A stretch of DNA of 62,436 nucleotides, filler included, from Kipferlia bialata (taxonomy: Eukaryota): assembly GCA_003568945.1 (NCBI GenBank). It is 5 parts of 5 records of this genome, joined end to end, with 100 filler letters (N's around TTAATTAATTAA, not from the genome) between each part and the next. Parts side by side here need not be neighbours in the genome. Positions count along the whole stretch, not along the records: positions 1 to 17,077 come from BDIP01000547.1; 4 more parts are not named here. One strand, 5' to 3'. Below the pieces are notes generated by a model. The model made no database searches, was not told where the DNA came from, and worked only from the letters and a program-made list of their open reading frames with translations. Position 1 is the first letter of the stretch. Every line of letters starts with the position of its first letter. Shown one piece after another: positions 1 through 9,499 of the stretch. The position numbers were made by a program, and so were the translations under genes.

Positions 1-574
1 CGAAGTGTCTGTCTGTACAGAGTGTCTTGAAGAGCCTCTTCCTCCTCTCCATATCGGGACAGGTGACCCTAGTCACTCCCTCCAGCAGTAGGAGGGCGTC
101 GATGAAGAGAGGGTCAGTGACAGGGACGGGAGCGGCACTGACGCCAGAAGAACCACCCTTCCCCTCCCTTAAGACACCAACTCCAGACCGGAATGAGATG
201 GGTACACCCAGTGCATGTAGCCGCTGGTAGGCCATCTCTCTCAGTATGTACACAAGGCTGGCCTTGCTCGTGTCGGTCTCTCTCTCTCCCTCAGTAGACA
301 GCCTAGCCCCCTCCTTACATGGCAGCACCTTGCCAGTGGCGTCCACATACACAGGGTACTGGCTGCCAGAGCCAATGTTCAGCCCCAGAGATGGGGACCG
401 CATGGCTGCCCGCATGGCTAAAGCCAGACTAGCATCCAACAACATGTCAAACCCGTTGGCAGAGCTTAGGCCCTTGGTATGTGACTGCCTGGGAGCTTCA
501 ACACGTACTTGGCTAAGAGGGATTATAGGCCTCTCAAATGCATGGCTAGCAGTATCCTGTGGGGTCCCACTCAT
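1..574 (-). CDS. Hypothetical protein, partial (open frame runs off the window start)
   Basis: Uninterrupted minus-strand frame MSGTPQDTASHAFERPII...LFKTLCTDRHF from 574 to 1; no recognisable domain; in-frame TGA just upstream at 593-595. Confidence 0.4.
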   Translation of the reverse strand, partial: MSGTPQDTASHAFERPIIPLSQVRVEAPRQSHTKGLSSANGFDMLLDASLALAMRAAMRSPSLGLNIGSGSQYPVYVDATGKVLPCKEGARLSTEGERETDTSKASLVYILREMAYQRLHALGVPISFRSGVGVLREGKGGSSGVSAAPVPVTDPLFIDALLLLEGVTRVTCPDMERRKRLFKTLCTDRHF

Positions 575-1248
575 AAGCAAACTGAAGAAGAGTCACAGAG
601 CAAGTGAGACAAAAACGTCGTCAGCATCCATATTGAGGGTATAGCACAGATTGTAGAGGGAGAGAGAGATAGGGTGGAGGAGGGGGGGGGGGGGGGGACC
701 CGACTGTACTAGACGCATAGCCATAAATACACATATATATATATACCACACATACAGAAAGAGAAGCAGTTGACGGATAAACATACTCGGGGCCATAGAG
801 AGAGTTGAGGGTGGACATACTCTGTGGCATCCAGAGAGGCATCTAGGGTATCTAGTATCTGCCGCAGCACAGTGGTACTGTCCAGGAGGTGGAGTACGCG
901 GGTGAGGGTGATATGCAACGCAGAGAAGTGAGTTAGGAAACTGCGGATCAGGTGTATGGATCCGATTCGGTTGCAACACTGATCCAGATTGTTCACACTG
1001 ATATTTGACTTTACCCACTCTGGTCAATTGCATATCTCATCTCATAGCTATGCTGCCTTGTCTCTCTCTTCATACACGTGTCTGGGGTTACCTACAGCGT
1101 TATGGAGCGTATCTGTGATCGGTCATGTCCACTCATAATGACACGCTCAATTCCAGCCGTCGAAAGATCAATCTGCTCATCTTGCTCTCTTCTAGTACAT
1201 TAGTACAGCAATCAGAGATCATAGACTCTTGATACGTCCACTAACGCT

Positions 1249-2106
1249 ATGTCCGTCGATATCCGCGATACCGCAGCGCCTGGAGAGCGTCCTGAGAGGG
1301 AGAGGGGCCGAGAGGGGGGTTCTATCGAGATGCCCACCCACGAGGGAGAGGGGGTGAGGGATGTGTGTGACCGGGAGGCATGGGATGAGGCTGCTGATGA
1401 GGTGACACACACTACAAAGGTAGGGGAGATCGGTTACACACTGTTTTGGTTCCTATCTCGCTCTTTGATATTGGTGAGACCTGCCTTGACTCATTGATCA
1501 CTCACCTGTGTTAAATGACCCCCATGATATACAGCCGCAAATACACACTTATATCACTCCCACACTGTGTATAGATGTTGTGGGGGCTTTTTGAGTAGAG
1601 AACTGGTATCTGGGAGATCCAGTGCAAGTGTGTGGCATAAGCAGATTTGTGAATCCAACCATGATTGTGTCTGTTTCCCTTATTCTCCCGCTCTCTTCCC
1701 GTATACTCGCCCTCTAGCTCACTTTCATTATTATTAGTGTATGTGGGAATCAAGCTTGGGTAGATCTGCTGGGTATTTGTGTACGAAGTATTCATATCTA
1801 GCATCCAAGATCATCCAATCATAACTCTCTTCAACATGCCCAACTCTCTCTCTCCCTTTTCATATTCCTCTCTCTCCCTTTCTAGATACATAATTACTTA
1901 CTAATGTATCCTAACTACTCACCTAGTGTCTCCCAGTCCACCATTAAAACGTATCCGCACTCTGCCTCCATATGCATCTATCATTCTCTCTCTCTATGTA
2001 CTCTATATCTCTCTAGTCCCAGCGTGTCCACATATCCCCCCCCCCCCTCCCGCCTTTGAATTTACTTCATCTCACCCTAGTATAGCAGCGTGTCCCAGTC
2101 CACGTA

Positions 2107-2138
<32 letters not shown>

Positions 2139-5100
2139 CCTCTCTCTCTCTCTCTGTCTCTCTCTCTGTCTAAACCTAGTACAGCAGTGTCTCCCAGAGT
2201 ACATTCAACATGTCCAACTCCATCCTGGGGGCTGGCATCCTGTCCCTGGCATACGGCCTAGCAGAGGTTAGTTTGTACTCTCTCCCTCTCTTAATGTATA
2301 TATATGTATTCTATATACTATGAGTGTCTGGGATCCTGTCCCTGGCATACGGCCTAGCGGAGGTATATATCTCTCTACATATCATTATGTATATACTTAT
2401 ACGGACTGGCAGAGGTATATTCATAGATACTCAGATTACTCTATATATATATACTCTATATCCTATATGTATACTATGAGTGTCTGGCACCCTGTCCCTG
2501 ACATATGGACTGGCTGAGGTATAGGCCAATGTGTATGGTACTCTCTCCATCTAATGCTGACATACTTTTGGATGACATGGATGACATACATGGACAAGGG
2601 CCCGGTGTGTCTACCTAACTGCTAATGGTATTTGTAGTCCTCTCTCTCTCTCTCCCCCTCCGTCTCCCCCCTCTCTCTCTATGTCTCTGCCCCTCCCCCT
2701 CTCCCTCTCTCTCTCTCTTCCTTACCCTCCAGTCTGGCATCTTCCTGGGTCTCTCTCGCTCTCTCTCTCTCTCTTCCTTCACTCTCTCTGCCCCCCCCCC
2801 CCTTACCCTCCAGTCCGGTATCTTCCTGGGTCTGTTCCTCACTGCCCTCTGCGTCATACTCCACAGGGTGTCACTCAGGTATTATATATATAGTGTTCAT
2901 ACTCTGCATTCTCTATATATACCATACTCTATACTGTATCAATATTATATCACTGCGCTCTGCGTCATACTCCACAGGGTGTCACTGAGGTACAGTCATT
3001 TATATATTCACTATATTGTATATGTGTACCAACATATTTATACACTGTATCACTGCCTATATGATCCTTCTTTATACTGTTCCTCTGCCCTGTGTGTCAT
3101 ACTCCACAAGGTGTCACTCAGGTATGGATACACACAGCAATACATACATGAAAGCGTGTCCATCCCTTCTCATCCCAGAACCATTGTCCGTATGACCCAC
3201 ATCACTGGGTGTGGCACATACCAGGACCTGGTCAGGTACATGTGTATATACTAATATATAAGTATGTACCTGCTCATATACATACTAGGACCTGGTCAGG
3301 TGTCTCATCTCTCTCCGTCCTGCTCTCTCTCCCTCCCTCTCTTTCTCTCTCTCTCTCTCTCCTCCGTCGTCTTTACTCTAGTAGACTAGTTGGCCCCAGA
3401 TGGCCTCCCTCGTCCCCCTTCTCTCTCTCTCTCTCTCTATTTCTCTCTCTCTCTCTGCCCGTCCTCATATTGCAGGGTCCTCGTTGGCCCCCAGATGGCC
3501 TCCCTCACCCCACTGCTCTCTCTCTCTCTCTCTATTTCTCTCTCTCTCTGCCTGTCCTCATATTGCAGGGTCCTCGTTGGCCCCCAGATGGCCTCCCTGG
3601 TCCCCCTGTTTGGGATTGCCATATACTTTGGGGCATGCATCGCATACTACATGGTGGCAGGTGTAGTGTATACATTGTATATAGTATATAGAGTTTATAT
3701 ATTGAGAGAGAGAGAGATTATGACCATATACTTTGGGGCATGCATTACATACTACATGGTGGCAGGTATAGTGTATATATGAGAAAACGTGTGTATATGT
3801 ATTTACATAAGACAAAGTATATATGCTCTTACACTTAGGCGACTACCTGAAGGAGATCTTCCCGTCCCTGTCCCTCTTTGCAGCCAAGATCATCATGTGA
3901 GTGTATGTCTCTCCTTCGCTCTCTGTTTATACGTATATTCCTTTCCCTCCTGTTTCGAGGTCTCTCTATATGGTTTCTGGCTCTCATTATATGTCTGTCT
4001 CTCACCCTCACCCCAGGTCCCTCCCCATGCTCGGTCTCTCTCTCCTCCCCTCCCTCGAGCGTCTCTCCATCGTCTCTCTCTTTGCTCTCTTGGCATGTCT
4101 GGCCAGTACCATCTTTGTCACAGGCGCATTCATAGTCGCTGCATTCAAGGCATGTCTAACCGTAACAGTATACTATATATATATAACATATATATATATA
4201 TATATATAATATAATGTATACTGGCATGTCTGGCCAGTGCCATATTTGTCACAGGGGCATTCATAGTGGCTGCAGTCAAGGTATGTCTAACCGTAACAGT
4301 ATATGTATATATATTATATATATATATAATGTATACTTCAATGTCTATCATGTCTGGCCAGTGCCATCTTTGTCACAGGGGCATTCATAGTGGCAGAGTT
4401 AACCAGAATCTAATCTTCTCTCTATCTCTGTTAGTGCATATGTGATATACTCGAAATCCTCACCTCCAGGGTGAGCTGAACCCCGTGTGGCTCCCTGAGG
4501 ACCCAGTCACAGCCATCGGTAACACATTTGCACTCATGAGTGGGGCATTTGCAGGTATGTGTACATACAGATAATGTATATGTCTATACATTTATAAAAC
4601 ATTTCCTGTATACAAACCCATAGGCGAGAACATCATTGTGATCCTGTTCACCAACCTGGGTGGGTCAGCATCGGCCAGGCTCAAGCAGATCAGACAGGTG
4701 GGTATATGATGGGTATATGTATATTGATATATACATGTATATAAGTGGGTATGGGTGTGTGTACAGGTGTGTATACACTAGGGCAGCATCGGCCCCTCTC
4801 TCCACCTCTATTCATATCCACATGGGCATCCTCTCTAACCCCAGGCCATCGACATGGCCCTAAGCTTTGTAGACAATTATGTGTGATATACTATATATAC
4901 ATATATGTATATATATATATATATATATCCTCATCCTAGGTCATCGACATGGCCCTAGGCTTTGTCTGCTTCCTCAACACCCTGATGGCTGCATCGGGCA
5001 GCCTCATGTTTGGATCAAGCACCATGGACAACTGTACGTTTCTACATGAATATTTAGACAGACCTAGATACTATAATATAGTCTATATATGCAGTGCCTC

Positions 5101-5809
5101 TCATCTACCCACTTCTCTCTCTCATCGGGCAGTCTCATGTTCGGAAGCAGTACAATGGATAACTGTACGTTTCTGCATGATTATTTAGACACACCTAGAT
5201 ACTACAATGTAGTCTATATATGCAGTGCCTCTACTCATCTTCCCACTTCTCTCTCTCTGCCTCTCTCCCTCTCTCTCTCTCCCTAACCCCCCAGTGCTCA
5301 TGAACTTCCCCAGCACCAACATCCTGTGCAACGTGGTCAAGGTGTGGTTAAATATATGTGCTTGTATGATCTATATATACGCAGATCCCAAGCCATGATG
5401 CTGAAACCTCTCTCTCTCTCTCTCTCTCTTTAATCTAATGATAGGTCATGATGCTAGTGGTCCTTGTCTGTTCCTACCCCCTCCTTATGGCTGTCAATGT
5501 CTCTCTCTCTCTCTCTCTCTCTTTAATCTAATGATAGGTCATGATGTTAGTTGTCCTTGTCTGTTCCTACCCCCTCCTGATGGCTGTCAATGTCCTATCT
5601 ATTGGGGAGATTGTGGACAGGAAGGGAGACGGAGTACTGTCCAGAAGGGGGACAGTGACATGGCTCATAGTCATGTACATATGTACGTGGAACCTTACTA
5701 TCTACGTATCTCTCTCTCTCTCTCTCTCTCTAGTATAGATATATTCTTTTACATACCACTTCCTAAGCTTCAGTCGTTGTCATTCTTGGGTCCCTTGCCG
5801 ACTCCACAA

Positions 5810-5842
<33 letters not shown>

Positions 5843-5843
5843 C

Positions 5844-5875
<32 letters not shown>

Positions 5876-7991
5876 TACTTCAGTTGTGGTGATCATTGGC
5901 TCCCTTGCCGACTCCATCTCAACCATCCTGTCACTCAGCTTTGCAACGGCTGGATCAATGAGTACGTTGTCACATATTTCCATTATCGATATATTGTAGT
6001 TCCTTCGTTTTTCAACTGTCCCTCAGCTTTGCAACGGCTGGATCAATGAGTACGTGGATTGTTCTAGTGTATTCTTTATCGATTGAATGCTCTCATGTAT
6101 TATTATTAGTATGCCAGTGTGAATTTATTTATATCAAAGGGGTACCATACTGTATACCACTGTGGCACCCCAGTGCTCTTCATCCTGCCTGTCTATAGTC
6201 TCTCTCTCTCTCTCTCTTCTATAGTATATGGTGTACATATGTATTCATATGCCTTACCCCAGTGTTCTTCATCCTGCCTGGCTTCATGGCCCTCGATCTT
6301 TTACTCTCTCTCTCTCTTCTATAGTGTACAGACATATAGTACACACATATATATGCTGTCTTACCCCCAGTGTTCTTCATCCTGCCTGGCTTCATGGCAC
6401 TCAGACTGCCCAGGAAGGGAGAGGCTCCCGTGCTAGGTATTACAGTATGCATAACAGTATGTATAGATCATTACTGCTAAGTGGGCATTCTTTGTATGTA
6501 GTCGTACCATTTTACTGGTCTCTCCCCCACTACAAATCGCTCAGCATTTGAATCTCCTAACGTATAGCGTCCTCCCCCCTCTCGAGGTTGCCCCATATAT
6601 TATCACCTTTCTACCTCTGTTGTTATGTCTCATTATGTAATAGGCGCTAGTGCCCTCCCCCCTCTGGATGCTGTCTCTTCTATTACTCTCTCTCTCTCTT
6701 TCTCTCATTCTATATATATGTACCTGTCAGTGCATGTATCCTTATGTATAGGCGCCAGTGCCCTCCCCCCTCTGGAGGCTGTCCCCGGTGAGACTGAGAT
6801 GGAGAGAGAGAGACGCCTCGACCTGCAGCAGAGACACAACAGGTGAGGATGTGCTTTTGGTATATCAGTGTATTATTGACAGATTTATGAAATACCTGGG
6901 TAGTATCAGATTAATACAATGTTCAAGAGTATATTACGTGCCTTCAGTCTAAATCTGAGAACCGATACTTCCTCTGTTTTTGCATGCATACACCTATGTA
7001 CTATACTCAAGGATAGATTGATCGATAGAAAGAGATATATATTGATAGACACCAACCCCAGGACCGGCACCTCGTCTGTCCTTGCTGTGGTGGGTATGCT
7101 CACAGACATCGACATCGTCATCCAGAACAGGTAAGGAACATGGTACATTCACTATAAATATACTCAGTTGGAGTGAAGTATGCTCTGACACTATATGATA
7201 TTATGATCACCTCTGATCGTATCTACTTTGTCTGTGGTCCCTGCATTTATTTACACAGTAATTATCTCTTGACATGTTCTCAATCTAATTATCATATATA
7301 CACTCATGATCCTGACTCCAGCCACGTCCCCGTTGACCCCTCCCTGGGCGCAGTGTCAGAGGTCATGGGGGTGAGTGGGATGGTGTATAAGTATATATAT
7401 ATATATATGACCATAGTGGTATATATATATATGTCTGTATATATCCCTCCCTGGGCGCAGTGTCAGAGGTCATGGGGGTGAGTCCTGCCATACTATTCAT
7501 ATATGTATGACCTACGTATCCCTCAATATTAGTAATTCACCTTTACATTATACATAATTCTACGCCTAGTATTGTGTGTGTATATATCAGTTCTCCTCAC
7601 CCTAGGTCGTGAGGGACAGAGTCAACTCCCTGGTGGCACCGGTGGGTAGCCTGCCAGACAGAGAGGTACTATATATATACAAATCGTACTATCCTTACTT
7701 CTATATAGTATTGTATTGTATTATGTATAATACTATATAGTACAGTATATTGTGTAATGAATAATGATATCTGGTATATAGTATTGTATAGTATAATGTA
7801 TAGTGTATATGTCCATGTAGCTGTTCACCCCAGACCGTCCCCATCCAGCCCAAGCATCATACATACCATATATATGTATTTATCATACTATTCCCTAGTA
7901 TTTACACTACCATTCACCCCAGACCGTCCCCATCCAGCGCCGCAGGGGCAGGGCTAGCTCAACATCAAACACCAAGGTATGAATATTCACT

Positions 7992-8022
<31 letters not shown>

Positions 8023-9030
8023 GCATCATTAAGGAGTTATCTTCTCTCATTACTGTAACTGACCTATAGAGCCCCGACATCTACCCTGTAGACGAAACCA
8101 TTACTATACCCAGAATACTAATTCCATATAACAGTCACTTACCTTTAGGGATCCGACATCTCCCCTGGGGTCAATAGTGGACCATATTCTAATAGTCTAT
8201 TAAGGTCATATATATCACATTGCTGTTTCTAATCTTGAGGGCTCCGACATCTCCCCAGGAACCCAATATCCGTAACATACTGTATTCTAAATATACGTCT
8301 TCGTGTTTCTGACCTATAGAGCCCTGACATCTCCCCTGGTGCCAAGAGGGGCAGGCACCGGTCCACATCAATCTCACTGGCACAGGTGTATATACAGATG
8401 TATATATATATATAGATAGATTCAATTGTATGTATATACATATACACTATTACTACTACACATATATGTTCACCACTGCTCCACATCAATCTCACTGGCA
8501 CAGGTATGTATACATATGTATATCTATATATTCAATTGTATATGTATATATCTACACTATATGTTCACATATATGTACATACCGCTCCACATCAATCTCA
8601 CTGGCACCGGTATGGGTGTATATACACATATGTATATATACGTACTGAGTGACTACTGTAGGTCATATGGATATATATACATGCACCCCTCCCACCCCAG
8701 CACTGGCACAAGGTGGAGGCCGAGAGGGAGAGAGAGAGAGAGGAGGAGGAGGAGAGGGTCCTCCAGAGACTCCAGCAGCAGCAGAGGGAGAGAGAGAGAG
8801 GAGGGGAGTCTGCTCTGTCCCACGTCTCTCTCTCTCCCGACACCATCGAGGTAGACGCCGTCGAGGCTGCCGTGGCCGTCGAGACCGACACCTTCGTCGA
8901 GGCTGACGTGTCCGTGCCCAGTGATGCTAAGGACGTGCTCTCTCTCCCTGTGCGTGTCAATGCAGTTGCTGTTGTCCTGATAGCTGTCGGGGCCATGAAT
9001 GCATTCCTCAAGATCAAGACGTTCTTCTAA
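1249..9030 (+). CDS. Amino-acid transporter, Aa_trans (AAAP/SLC38-like) family, about 20+ exons
   Basis: Exon 1 MSVDIRD...THTTK|GT at 1420. Spliced exons give STFNMSNSILGAGILSLAYGLAE (family TM1 motif), SGIFLGLFLTALCVILH, GCGTYQDLV, IYFGACIAYYMVAG, FALMSGAFAG, SGSLMFGSSTMDN-VLMNFP, VCSYPLL, FILPGFM and a final TM AVAVVLIAVGAMNAFLKIKTFF* (TAA at 9030). Confidence 0.88.
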
Positions 9031-9415
9031 GGAAGAGACTCTCTTCAAGAGTATTCTTCTGAGACTCTCTTCCTTCGAGGATGCTCTGAGACAACAATTA
9101 GTAGTAGTATTCTCTTATTAGTGTATATAGTCATTAGTATTTTCATTCATATATAGTCATAGTTGTGTGTAATAGGTGTTGTTGTCCTGTATTCATGCAT
9201 GTCCCCCTGACAGGTCTGGGATGCAACAGCAATATATTCAGTATAGTTAGGCTGGTGGTTTTGTGTTGGATGTTATCTATTGAATGAAATATTTCTCATA
9301 CAGTCTCCATGCTTGATCCGCCCTGAACTCTAGGGTGTAATTGAGGAAGCTGTATGGCATATTCCAAGGGAAGTCCCCTTTGCAACACAATAGCAACTTT
9401 ATATTAGAAAGACAT

Positions 9416-9496
9416 GTTGAACTTCAAGTTGAAGTATCTATTAGAAGTATCTATAATAGATACTTCAAGTTATAGATAATCTATTAGAAGTTCAAC
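9416..9496. repeat. Nested inverted repeat / palindromic patch
   Basis: GTTGAACTTC (9416) pairs with GAAGTTCAAC (ends 9496); inner TTGAAGTATCTATT pairs with AATAGATACTTCAA. Confidence 0.7.
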
Positions 9497-9499
9497 CAG

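Noticed and set aside
2600..8700. Many short ORFs rich in LSLSLS, YIYIYI or ERERER
   Set aside because: Translations of intronic (CT)n/(AT)n microsatellites
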